Assembly: GCA_963741205.1 (NCBI GenBank)
Contig: CAVUHW010000026.1
Coordinates: 128,001-192,000, forward strand
Length of the DNA stretch: 64,000 nucleotides
Source: Nitrospirota bacterium
Lineage (GTDB): Bacteria; Nitrospirota; UBA9217
Reading direction: 5' to 3'
The notes under the pieces are model-generated. The model was not told the DNA's origin. It ran no database searches and worked only from the letters and a program-made list of their open reading frames with translations. Position numbers and translations under genes: made by a program. Shown piece by piece: positions 10,225 through 20,064 of the stretch. Position 1 is the first letter of the stretch, and each line of letters starts with the position of its first letter.

Positions 10225-11922
10225 TCAAAACTTATAGGTAATCAATGCTGTTCCGTCGAATCTGCGATACACATCGGCGATTTTGTAATACGACCCTTCG
10301 GCCGTAAGATAGAGCGATGGGCCGACCTTCACGCTATAGGCCAGATCGAGGTCCAGACCGGCATTCCATTCGTCTCCGTCGGAATGCCTCCGCGTGTATT
10401 GGAAACTGGGTCCGACAATCAAGCGCAGTTCACTGTCCGGTTGAAGCCGATAGGTGGCCTCCAGATGGAGCGCGTTGTTTACGAAAAGGTCCGGGCTGAA
10501 ATAACCTCCCGCAAAGGGCGCGTTATTACTGTCAACAAACCCCGAGTTGTCCTGACTGTAATGGGCTATCTGAAATTTATAGAAGAGAGCAAAAGCAAAT
10601 GCTCCCTCATTGAAGAAATGGAATCTGGCATCGGCGTCAGCGCCGACCAATGAGTTATTGTTTGTTGTATTCGAGCTGACATAGCCTGCATACGGCATCG
10701 CCGAGGCCTGGATCCGCTCACCTTGAAACGCAAGCCTGCAAAATGCGGTATTCGACCTGGCAGCGCCGATCTTCCGCCCCGTCACGCTGTCCGTATCTCC
10801 GGCAATGGCAAGCAGGGAGTCGTATTTGAACGCGCGCCTGATTCCCGGGGTGATCAGCACCCTGCCCTGTTCAGTCGAATATTGGACGAGAAATTCGCTG
10901 TCGCTCTCCGCGTCCTTAAAATCGTGGTACTTCAGCTCCGCGTCTATCCGGCGTGTGGGATCGAAACGGCCCTGCAGCCTCAGTTTATAAAAGGTGCCAT
11001 CGACAGTGGTTTCGTCGTGGCGGTATTTTTCCAGGCCGATTTCTGCCTCGCCGGTCAAAAATGGCGTTATATCCGCCTGGCCGCCTGCGTTCAGCAAATA
11101 GCCGGAGTAAGCGTAATGGCTGTCATCGCTCGACTGCTTGAAATAGGTGAAGCCCGTCTTTATCCGGGGTTCGCGGCCCTGCATGAGATCATCCCGGATA
11201 TGTTTTGCGGACTTGTCCTGTGAATCGTAGCGGAGCGCAAGCTTGGAGTGATAAATGGCGCGATCGTTATCTCCCCGCCAGGCATAGGCAGCGGCCAGTT
11301 CACGATGAGCGGCGCTGTTTCCCGGATTCCGGTCTACCAGGATTTGATACTGCTCGATTGCCTGGTCGATTGTTTCATGGTGCGCGGCAAGAAGCCGGGC
11401 ATATTCCAAACGGACACTGGCATCACCGGGTTTGGCACGCACGAGCAGCTTATATTCAGCGACGGCCTCATCAAAGGTACCCCTCTCCCCGGCCAGCAGC
11501 CTTGCCAGCCGGTGCCGGTTTTCGTAATCTGACTTGTGTTTCAGTCCCATGCGGTAATATTGGATGGCATCTTTTCTCCGGTAGGAAAACCTCGCGTCTT
11601 CAAGGTATCTTGCCTGCTTGAAGGCAATGTCGGCATCGTTGGGGAAGCGCTGCAAATAGCGGTCATAATGCTCAATCGCTTTATCGGTGAGGCCCTGCAA
11701 TTCATAAGCACGCCCGAGGAGCCGCATCGCCTCTTGATTGTCGGGATTAAGCGCAACCAGTTTTTCAAATGACTCAATGGCCGCCTTGTAGTTCTCGATT
11801 TCCATGTTGGCCTTGCCCCGTGACATATACCAGTTTTCTTTGATGTCGGCGTGCACTGCCGTCGCCAGGCAAAGCGACGCGATCATCGCGGCAATTGCCG
11901 CATAAAAAATAGATTTCATCAT
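10225..11922 (-). CDS. TPR + outer-membrane beta-barrel polysaccharide export protein, BcsC-like
   Basis: signal peptide MMKSIFYAAIAAMIASLCLATAVHA; several TPRs; beta-strand C-terminal half with DSLLAIAGDTDSVTGRKIG and GGYFSP (BcsC-like) and terminal Phe (LITYKF). Confidence 0.75.
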   Translation of the reverse strand: MMKSIFYAAIAAMIASLCLATAVHADIKENWYMSRGKANMEIENYKAAIESFEKLVALNPDNQEAMRLLGRAYELQGLTDKAIEHYDRYLQRFPNDADIAFKQARYLEDARFSYRRKDAIQYYRMGLKHKSDYENRHRLARLLAGERGTFDEAVAEYKLLVRAKPGDASVRLEYARLLAAHHETIDQAIEQYQILVDRNPGNSAAHRELAAAYAWRGDNDRAIYHSKLALRYDSQDKSAKHIRDDLMQGREPRIKTGFTYFKQSSDDSHYAYSGYLLNAGGQADITPFLTGEAEIGLEKYRHDETTVDGTFYKLRLQGRFDPTRRIDAELKYHDFKDAESDSEFLVQYSTEQGRVLITPGIRRAFKYDSLLAIAGDTDSVTGRKIGAARSNTAFCRLAFQGERIQASAMPYAGYVSSNTTNNNSLVGADADARFHFFNEGAFAFALFYKFQIAHYSQDNSGFVDSNNAPFAGGYFSPDLFVNNALHLEATYRLQPDSELRLIVGPSFQYTRRHSDGDEWNAGLDLDLAYSVKVGPSLYLTAEGSYYKIADVYRRFDGTALITYKF

Positions 11923-11930
11923 AGGGGTTC

Positions 11931-14900
11931 TCAGAAGGTAAAACCTGCCGCGTAAAAATTGGGTAAAATATTTTTCCGGTAAACCATGCGCATCGGTCTT
12001 TGTTCCGGCTCGCCTCCAAGGATTTGCCATTCACCGTCCGGATCGATGTGCTTCGCGAAAAAGAAGAGTTTTCTGCCCTTTGTGGACTGGTTGCGCAACA
12101 GGGCCCGAATGCTGGATGCCGTTATGAGAGAGCCTCGTCAGCCGGAACCGGGAGCGCCGGACCTCCGTGCGGTTGAGCGTGACGGAGGGGAGAAAAGAGT
12201 TGACAATCCCTTTCAGGAAATAGTATCCCATCATCAGGTTGCTGCCGGTCTGGCCCGCGTGCGCGTTTTTCCACGTATTCGCATCGGCAAAGGTGCGCAA
12301 CAAGAGCTCCCTTTTAGGCCCGGGATCCAGATCGGTGAAACTCACGCCGCACCGGACCGGGCCTCCGTGCCTTCGGTCCTGATACACTCGCCGGGCCGTA
12401 ATGGCAATTGGTTTCTCGTCGAATAATTCCAGGGTCGCCGATGATGGAATGCGGACATCCCGTTCAGGCACAAAGGATGCGCCCGTCAGGCTGATATCGT
12501 GCAGTCTGCCCTCCAATAGGAAGCCGTCCGCTGTCAATCGAAACGGCGCGGCGATGTTTATTCTTTCGCTTTGACGTCTTTGGGGCCTTTCCCAGGCCAT
12601 AAGAAGCGCCACCAGTAAAAAGACGAAATTGTACACCGCCCACCCAAGGTTAATAAAATAGGCCTCCTTTTCGACTCCGAAATAGGTAAATTCTATTATT
12701 CCCTTTATGATCGCAAAAAGGGTAATCGCCGCGGCGATCAGCGTTACCCAGGAGGATGACAAATCAAATTTTCTGGTATCGGAGGTGATGCCTTTGGGAG
12801 TCACCTTGAAGGCCAGCTTCCGGGGTAAAACCAGCTCGAATAAGGACAGAAACAGCGGGAAAGCGACGGCGTTTTCATAGACCACCCCCCAGAACATGCG
12901 CGGCCATCTCTGAAGCAGCGCCGAGGAAAGCAGCGGCAGGCATATCATATACGGAATGAGACGGGCCAAAAGAATTGAAACATCGGAAAAGATCGGGTGC
13001 AGGTGAAAGAGCAGATAGTAGAGCGGCGTAATCCAGAAAACAATTCTGACGATGGGGAAGAAAAAGTAGAATAAGGATGCAAAATAGCCGATCCGGTGAC
13101 GTAATCCCAACCCTTTTTGAAACATCGGGTTATTCTTGAAAAAAATCTGGAGGCAGCCTTGCATCCAGCGCTTTCGCTGCACAATGTAGGACGCGTAATC
13201 CTCCGCAGCGAGTCCCACGGCCAGGTCCTTGTCCACAAAAACAGAGGTATAGCCCTCTGCGTGCAGATGCTGGCTGCTGTGGATGTCTTCGGTGATGCTC
13301 ATCAGTTTGAAACCGCCTATTTTTTCCAGCGCTTTTCTTCGAAACACGGCCCCGCTGCCGACAAAGAAGGCCCCTTCCCAGTTGTTCCTTCCCCCCTGGA
13401 TGCCGTGGTTAAACATGTCTTGTTCATTGGGAACACGCCGTCCGACTCGAAAGGCCCTCTGAAAAATATCGTTGTTATAAAAATGGTGCGGTGTTTGTAC
13501 GACGCCGACCTTCGGGTCATGGAAGAACATTACGGTTTCGTCCAGAAAAGAAGAGACCGGGATATGATCGGTATCGAAGACAACGATCAGGTCTCCGCCC
13601 GTAATTGCCAATGCATTGTTCAGGTTGCCTGCCTTGGCATGCCGGCGCGGCCCCTTGATATAGGTGGCGCCATGTTCAATCGCCAGGTCGCGCACAGCAT
13701 CACGATGACTGTCGTCGAGGATGAAAACGGTTTTATGGGGGTACCTCATCGCGCAGGCCGCGGCCAGGGTCTTTTCCAAAATATCGAGAGATTCAGAGTA
13801 GATGGGGATATAAATATCCACGGACGGCGTATAATTATCGATCGGTGTTGTTTTTTTCTTCTTCTTTTTTAAATTAAGGCCGACCTGGACCAAAAGGAGA
13901 ACAACTGTTGTCAAGCAATAGAACTCCGCAATCCACAGCGAGATACTGATGAAAGGTCCCAGCGTTTCCCGAAAGTTCAGCGTAAAATTGAGACGCCACC
14001 ACAGGTACAGGAAGCAGATCGTAAACCCGCAGGCAAGCAATGCCACTTTAACGACTTTATGGAGGGCTTCCTGTTTCACCTTCAGGAGAAAATAGAGCAG
14101 AATGAAAATCAGTGTCAGCGCCCAGGGAAAGTGCCGCCAAAACCCCTTGGGATCCACCGGCTCGATAAAATCAAAAAAAGCCAGATAATTGCGCGCGACC
14201 CCGGCTTCGAAGGCACGGCCGAACCAGAGCCAGTTGTGCAGGTAATAGGGCGTTTCTTTGTCGGCCAGGGCATTTTTCCAGAGCCCGGTCAACTTCCTGG
14301 TATAGATCTCTTTGGCCAGTCCAGGGTCTTCAATGACGGCCAGCGCCTGAACCGTTGCATACAGCGGAAGGGCTTCAAGCTCGGATCGAGCCTGGCCCTG
14401 CGGGGTATATCGATCAACTATTTTCCCTTGCTGTTTCCATCGGGTTTGGAAAAAAGCCAGCATGGCCCTTCTGAGCTTGCCCTTGCTTCTTCCATGCCAC
14501 TGCGCATCCATGGCGATGCGCCAATAGAGGGGAAAGGCATCATAGCTGAAAAGGGCCTGCCGGTCGTCGTTGGATTTATCGATAAAGAGCCGGCCTGAAT
14601 CCTTGTTCACATAAATTACCTGGGGCGGCAAGGCCACGCCCTGATCGAAATACAGCCATTCTAATATTTCGTACGAGGAATCGATCAGCGCCCCCCAAGG
14701 ATGGCGATGGTCCACCTGCGCAAAGAGCCCGTAGGCATAGGGCGCCAGATAGCCGACGTGGATGGCGGGAAATTTTTCCTGGGGCGCCCAGTCGCCCGCG
14801 GTCGGAAAATACTTTTCGTTGATTTTGATGATTTCCTTGCGCCAGATATCGTCCAGGATGCGCAGGGCGTCGTCTCGATAGCCGGCAATGGAAAATTTCT

Positions 14901-15300
14901 CACTCGCCAGTAAAAGCGCCAGTGCAATGTCCGTGTCCGCATCGGTCGCCGAATTGTTGTCCTGTTTCCATTTCCACGCAAACAGGTGGTCGCCCCTTGT
15001 CATCAGGTGCGTTTTCGTCCATTGATAAACCTGCTGAAACGTCTGACGGTCATTGGTCCATACCGCGCGAAGCATTGCATAGCTCTCACCTTCGGAGGTG
15101 GTGATGCCGTTTTCATCCCAACTGATCACGCGGCCGTCTTTCACGTACGTGTACTTATAGAAATTCCACAATTCATGCAGGCTGTTGAGCTGTTGCAGAG
15201 ATTGGTCGTTTGCATATGCGGTCTTTGCGGAAAAGAGGCAAAGAAAGACTATTCCTAAAAGGAAGACCCTGCGACAGGATTGAAGAACAACGTTAACCAT
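11931..15300 (-). CDS. bcsA: fusion of GH8 endoglucanase (BcsZ-like), cellulose synthase catalytic domain (BcsA, GT2) and PilZ; probable second PilZ after a frameshift near 12105
   Basis: GH8: TTSEGESY, NSATDAD, FSYDAFP. GT2: LDDS, HAKAGNLN, FDTDH, QTPHHF, FFVGS, ITED, QRKRW, FKVTPKG. PilZ: RRQSER, DISLTG. A shifted frame continues LRNQSTKG...YAAGFTF-stop at 11931. Confidence 0.88.
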
Positions 15301-15503
15301 AATGCTGGAGATGCCTTTCCACGATTCTTCTGCGCAAGGCGCATGCCGGGAGAACCCTCGTATTCATATGACCGCCATCGCCCTTCGTGCGGATATTTCT
15401 CGGAATGGAGCAGCCGATTGTCGGTCTTAAGTCGTTTGGAGGGTGTAGCCGGTATCACAGAGGTGAGGAAAGCCATCATGGAATGGCTCTCCTTCTATCC
15501 AAT

Positions 15504-15555
15504 AAAAAACGAGACGTCCGGCGCCGCGGATTTATACCGCTGCGCCGAAGGTCTC
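15504..15555 (-). terminator. intrinsic terminator forming the riboswitch expression platform
   Basis: minus strand GAGACCTTCGGCGCAGCGG-TATAAAT-CCGCGGCGCCGGACGTCTC followed by GTTTTTT; the 5' arm is the 3' strand of aptamer P1. Confidence 0.75.
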
Positions 15556-15637
15556 GCTCATTGGTTGACGCCAACTGCAGGGCCAGGCTTTGCAGCCAGT
15601 ATGTTGACCCTGTAACGATGGAGCTACTCCCCTTCGG
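15545..15637 (-). ncRNA. yybP-ykoY manganese riboswitch aptamer
   Basis: minus strand CCGAAGGGGAGTAGC...CAGGGTCAACATACTGGC TGCAAA GCC TGGCCCTG...TTGG CGTCAA CCAA TGAGCGAGACCTTCGG; matches the AAGGGGAGUAGC...GUCAAnnnAC...GCRAGACCUU consensus with a CCGAAGG/CCTTCGG P1. Confidence 0.85.
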
Positions 15638-16108
15638 AACTGCTCTTTTTTACCTTAGCTCACGGAAAAAGTCAAGAACTATGATTCGCCGGTGGTCATC
15701 TCCTTGATTTGTCCTTGCCGGAATGTCATCAGCATATCGATGTGACGGCCGGAGTTTATGAGATATTTCATTTTCCCCAAAATACTTCTTGCTATTTACG
15801 ATAAATCCTGTATTATTATGCTCGACTGTTTAACAATGCGGCTGGGATTTGACTGAAGTACCCACACACGTCACCATCTCCCCGCCCTTCATATCATCGA
15901 TCATCAACCCCCCCTTGCTTTCAGCTCCCACTCTGAAATCATAACAGCATATATGGTTGGCGAACGATGTAGTTATGCCGGTCATATCTGTGCTGGCGTC
16001 GTCTTCGCTCTCGGGAATACACATGTGTTCCTGCGGCCCGCACGCAAACCTTTAACGGGATTTCCCTGTCCGCATGAATATTGCTGCCGGGAGAACCAAA
16101 GGAGAATA

Positions 16109-17500
16109 ATGCCTTTTTCAAAACTGCAGCTCATCGAACCGATCCTCAAGGCCATAAAACTGTGCGGCTATACCGCGCCTACGCCCATCCAGGAGCAGGC
16201 CATTCCCAAGGCCCTGGCAGGTCAGGACCTGATCGCAACGGCCCAGACCGGTACCGGGAAAACCGCGGCCTTCGTGATGCCCGCGCTCCAGCGTCTCAGC
16301 GTACCGTCAACCTCCACCAAAAGATCCAAAGGTCCCCGCGTGCTCGTGCTCACGCCCACGCGCGAACTGGCGAACCAGGTGACCGAGGCGGTCAAAACCT
16401 ACGGCAAGTTCATGCGCATCCGAAGCGGTGTTATCCTCGGCGGCATGCCTTATTTCGAACAGCAGCGGCTTCTCTCGCAGCCGGTGGATCTCATCGTCGC
16501 GACTCCCGGGCGGTTGATCGACCACATGGAACGGGGCCGCATCGACTTTTCGCGTCTGGAGCTTCTCATCCTCGACGAAGCGGACCGCATGCTCGACATG
16601 GGCTTCAGCGACGCGGTTGACACCATCGCCGCTGCGACCCCTGCGGACCGCCAGACCCTCATGTTCACGGCGACCATGGACAACGCCATGGCGAAGCTCG
16701 CCCAGCGCCTCCTGAAGGACCCGGTGCGAGTCGAGATCGCGGGAAAAAAGACCACGCTCGAAGCGATCGAGCAGCGGCTCCACGCGGCCGACGACATGCA
16801 GCACAAGAACAGGCTCTTGAACCACCTGATCGCCGACAACGGCATGACCCGGGCGCTCATCTTCTCGGGCACCAAGCGGAACGCCGATCAACTTGCCCGC
16901 GAGCTTACTGCCCAAGGCCACTCCGCGGCCGCCCTGCACGGCGACATGAACCAGAACGCCCGGAACCGCACGATCATGAACATGCGCCGCGGAAAAATCC
17001 GTCTCCTCGTTGCAACGGACGTGGCAGCGCGCGGGCTCGACGTGACCGGCATCACCCATGTGATCAATTACGACCTGCCGAAGAATGCGGAAGACTATGT
17101 CCACCGCATCGGACGCACGGGAAGAGCGGGTGCGTCAGGCATCGCCATCTCCTTCGCGTCGTCAAAAGAAGTAGATTTTCTGCACCAGATCGAACGCTAC
17201 ATAGGACAGACGATCCCCCAGCAGGTGATCCCGGGGCTGGAGCCGTCGCGTCCGTTGCGCCGCTCAAGCGGCGGGAGCAGTCAGGGACCTTCATCAGGCA
17301 AACGCTGGCAGGGGGCTTCGGCAGGCAGGCGCTACGGGCAGAACACCGCGTCAAGAAATCCCTTTGGTTCCAGGACCGACAAAAAGTGGAATGGGGAATC
17401 CCGTTTCAATAATGATGACAAGAAATTCGTCAAGCGCGACGGAGGCAAGTTCGCGGACTTCAAACCGTCCAGACCGGCCCGTCAAAGCCGCTGGGCGTAA
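16109..17500 (+). CDS. DEAD-box RNA helicase (RhlE/CshA-like) with basic C-terminal tail
   Basis: Q-motif PTPIQ, AQTGTGKT, PTRELA, ATPGRL, DEAD, HGDM, ARGLD, HRIGRTGRAG; AAGGAG RBS. Confidence 0.95.
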   Translation: MPFSKLQLIEPILKAIKLCGYTAPTPIQEQAIPKALAGQDLIATAQTGTGKTAAFVMPALQRLSVPSTSTKRSKGPRVLVLTPTRELANQVTEAVKTYGKFMRIRSGVILGGMPYFEQQRLLSQPVDLIVATPGRLIDHMERGRIDFSRLELLILDEADRMLDMGFSDAVDTIAAATPADRQTLMFTATMDNAMAKLAQRLLKDPVRVEIAGKKTTLEAIEQRLHAADDMQHKNRLLNHLIADNGMTRALIFSGTKRNADQLARELTAQGHSAAALHGDMNQNARNRTIMNMRRGKIRLLVATDVAARGLDVTGITHVINYDLPKNAEDYVHRIGRTGRAGASGIAISFASSKEVDFLHQIERYIGQTIPQQVIPGLEPSRPLRRSSGGSSQGPSSGKRWQGASAGRRYGQNTASRNPFGSRTDKKWNGESRFNNDDKKFVKRDGGKFADFKPSRPARQSRWA

Positions 17501-17637
17501 GGAAGACAGATAAAAAACAGTAAAGAACGGTTACGGTTGCGTTTTTCGGTCGTTCGTCATAAGGACGTAACCGTAAGACTCGGAACGGAAGGGCATCGTT
17601 GCCGTAACCGTCGTAACGCGCAGTTCCACCCGTCATT

Positions 17638-17665
17638 GCACCCCCTCATCGGGGGTGCTTTTTTT
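17638..17665 (+). terminator. rho-independent terminator
   Basis: GCACCCCC-TCATC-GGGGGTGC followed by a T7 tract. Confidence 0.85.
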
Positions 17666-17802
17666 ATGGTTCAATGAGCTGTTACGCACGAAACGATCAA
17701 AGCAGGACCTCAAAACCGGAATGAAGGCGCATCGCCGATGCGTACGATGCCAAGACCGCGGAGCGCCCGCACCAGCAACGGTTGACCACGTCCCCCGCTG
17801 CA

Positions 17803-18378
17803 TCAGAGGCAACCCTTTTCTACTCCCCAGTAATCGTAAAAGCAAAATTCGCTGAGCGGCTTCCTCGCCGGTCCTTCCTTTTTCTCCTCCACCGGGTACC
17901 CCAGGGGAAAGAGCCCCACGATCCTGATCCCCTCGGGGATATTCAGGAGTTCCTTCACCTTCTCCTCGTCGTAGACCCCCACGAACACCGAGCCCAGGCC
18001 CTGACCCCGCGCCGCCAGCATCAAGTTTTGCGCGGCCAGTCCCGCGTCGACGAGGTAATAGCTCTGTCCCCGCATCGACCCCGACCGCTCCGGGTCCGCG
18101 CACAAGACGATGACGACGGGCGCCTCGGCAAGGGCCTTCATCGAAGGGTTCGACTTGTACGCCTTGGGCGCAAAGTAGGACTCCACATAGGACGAGGCGC
18201 TGATTGCTGCCTTCGCTACCTTGTCCTTTACAACAATAAGGCGCCAGCACTGATAGTTGGCCCACGACGGCGCCATGCGCACCGCTTCAAGAACGGCATT
18301 GAGCTTCTCGTCCTCGACCGGCTTGTCAATATACTTGCGGACGCTCCTCCTGGTCCTGATCGCTTCGAAAAGATCCAT
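17803..18378 (-). CDS. nitroreductase family protein
   Basis: [43 protein letters not shown]. Confidence 0.9.
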   Translation of the reverse strand: MDLFEAIRTRRSVRKYIDKPVEDEKLNAVLEAVRMAPSWANYQCWRLIVVKDKVAKAAISASSYVESYFAPKAYKSNPSMKALAEAPVVIVLCADPERSGSMRGQSYYLVDAGLAAQNLMLAARGQGLGSVFVGVYDEEKVKELLNIPEGIRIVGLFPLGYPVEEKKEGPARKPLSEFCFYDYWGVEKGCL

Positions 18379-18456
18379 GATGTTCCCCCTTTCCCTTGCT
18401 TTCAGGCTGTGAAAAGATCCTTCATCGCACCTGGGTGCGGCACGGTGAAAGATATT

Positions 18457-19230
18457 TCATTCTTGGCATCCGTCCGCGGTTAAAGACCGTTCGGTCTTTA
18501 CGGTCCTTCGATGTTTTTCAATTTCCTCAAGGACCCTCTCCATTCCCGTTCCCTCGGTTGCCGAAATGAGAATGACCGGCGGGGTCGGCCCGCGAAACAA
18601 CAGGGGGATCGTGTTTTCCAACGTACGCGCGGTCGCGGCAGCATTTTTTAAATCGCCTTTGTTCACGAGGAAGATATCGCCGATCTCCATGATCCCGGCC
18701 TTCATCATCTGGATGTCATCGCCGAGACCGGGCGCGACGACCACCACGACGGTATGGACCGCATGCTTCACGGCGATTTCGCTCTGGCCCGCGCCCGTTG
18801 TTTCGATAAAGATCACGTCCATGCCGAGGGCGTCCAGGATCAGTGCGGCGTCCGCGGCCGTTCGCGAGAGCCCTCCCGTCCCTTTCCGCGTCGCCATGCT
18901 CCGGATGAAGACCCCGTTGTCCCCGAAGTGCTCGTACATCCTGATCCGGTCGCCCAACAGCGCGCCGCCGGTTATCGGGCTCGTCGGATCGATCGCGATC
19001 ACCCCGACCTTCCAGTTTTTTTTCCGCAAAAGCCCGGTGAGTCCGTTGATGATCGTGCTCTTGCCGCTCCCCGACGCGCCGGTAACGCCGACGATGTGCG
19101 CCTTGCCGGTGAAGGGCCTGAGCTCTTGCAGGATGGTTCGCGCCTCATCTCCTTCGTTTTCGACGATCGAGATCAGCCGCGCGGCAACCTGTTTATCGCC
19201 CGTGAACAGTTCGCGGATAAGTTTTTTCAT
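18457..19230 (-). CDS. meaB: MeaB/ArgK GTPase chaperone of B12-dependent acyl-CoA mutase
   Basis: GVTGASGSGKST, AIDPTSPITGGALLGDRIRM, FIRSMATR, GDDIQMMKAG, NKGD. Confidence 0.92.
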   Translation of the reverse strand: MKKLIRELFTGDKQVAARLISIVENEGDEARTILQELRPFTGKAHIVGVTGASGSGKSTIINGLTGLLRKKNWKVGVIAIDPTSPITGGALLGDRIRMYEHFGDNGVFIRSMATRKGTGGLSRTAADAALILDALGMDVIFIETTGAGQSEIAVKHAVHTVVVVVAPGLGDDIQMMKAGIMEIGDIFLVNKGDLKNAAATARTLENTIPLLFRGPTPPVILISATEGTGMERVLEEIEKHRRTVKTERSLTADGCQE

Positions 19231-19437
19231 GGTTCAATTATACTATAACGAGGCGGTGCTTCATCGTATTTCAATTCCGTGAACAGTTAAAGTCCAAAGA
19301 ACTTCGCATGCACTCTGAACGGTCACCTGCCACGACATGGTGGAAATTATCAGTTAATATTTATCCTTCCCCCCCTTGACACGCGTTCTTCTCTCAATAT
19401 CATTAGAATATATCCCTGATCACAAGGAGGAAAAATT

Positions 19438-19929
19438 ATGAGTAAGAAACTTGCCACATCATTCTTGGCTTTCGTATTCTCGTTTTCGCTTGTCTGCCCT
19501 GCCTTTGCCGAGGAAAAGTCCGCTGCCCAGGCGGCGAAACCGACAGAAGGTTGGACGCTCCACATTGATGCAAAAAGGCATTTCCCGAACCTGCCGGACA
19601 TGATTGCCCATCATTACTGCAAGCCGGTATCAGGAGGACTCACGGAATGCCAGCTTTACGACAGCGACAAGCCCGACGCCAGACTGGTCGGAATAGAAGT
19701 GATCGTGAGTAAAGAGACCTGGGGAAAATTCTCCGAGAAAGAGAAAGCGCTCTGGCATTATCACAAGATCGAGATCCCGAAAGTAGAGGCCGTACTCCCC
19801 GATGTCTCCCCTGAAGAGTCGGCAAAGATACTAAAAAGCATCGAAGAGACATACGGCAAAGTTTATATCCTGTGGGACCCTGCAAAGAAGGAGCCGGTAG
19901 GAAAGCCGCAGGTGTCGATACTGCATTAA
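19438..19929 (+). CDS. secreted DUF1264 / OBAP-family protein
   Basis: signal peptide; AHHYCK, ECQLYDSD..DARLVGIEVI, EKALWHYH, ETYGK. Confidence 0.75.
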   Translation: MSKKLATSFLAFVFSFSLVCPAFAEEKSAAQAAKPTEGWTLHIDAKRHFPNLPDMIAHHYCKPVSGGLTECQLYDSDKPDARLVGIEVIVSKETWGKFSEKEKALWHYHKIEIPKVEAVLPDVSPEESAKILKSIEETYGKVYILWDPAKKEPVGKPQVSILH

Positions 19930-19956
19930 GTTTTCCCAGATTTAAAAATCATATTT

Positions 19957-20031
19957 TGTCATTCCTGCGAAAGCAGGAATCCATGTTGTATTTGAAGAGC
20001 CAATGGATTCCGGGTCAAGCCCGGAATGACA
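19957..20031. repeat. palindromic repeat doublet (TGTCATTCC...GGAATCCA / TGGATTCC...GGAATGACA)
   Basis: tgtcattcctgcgaaagcaggaatcca ... tggattccgggtcaagcccggaatgaca. Confidence 0.85.
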
Positions 20032-20064
20032 GCGTGAGGATATGAGGCTTTACTAACGAAGTTT

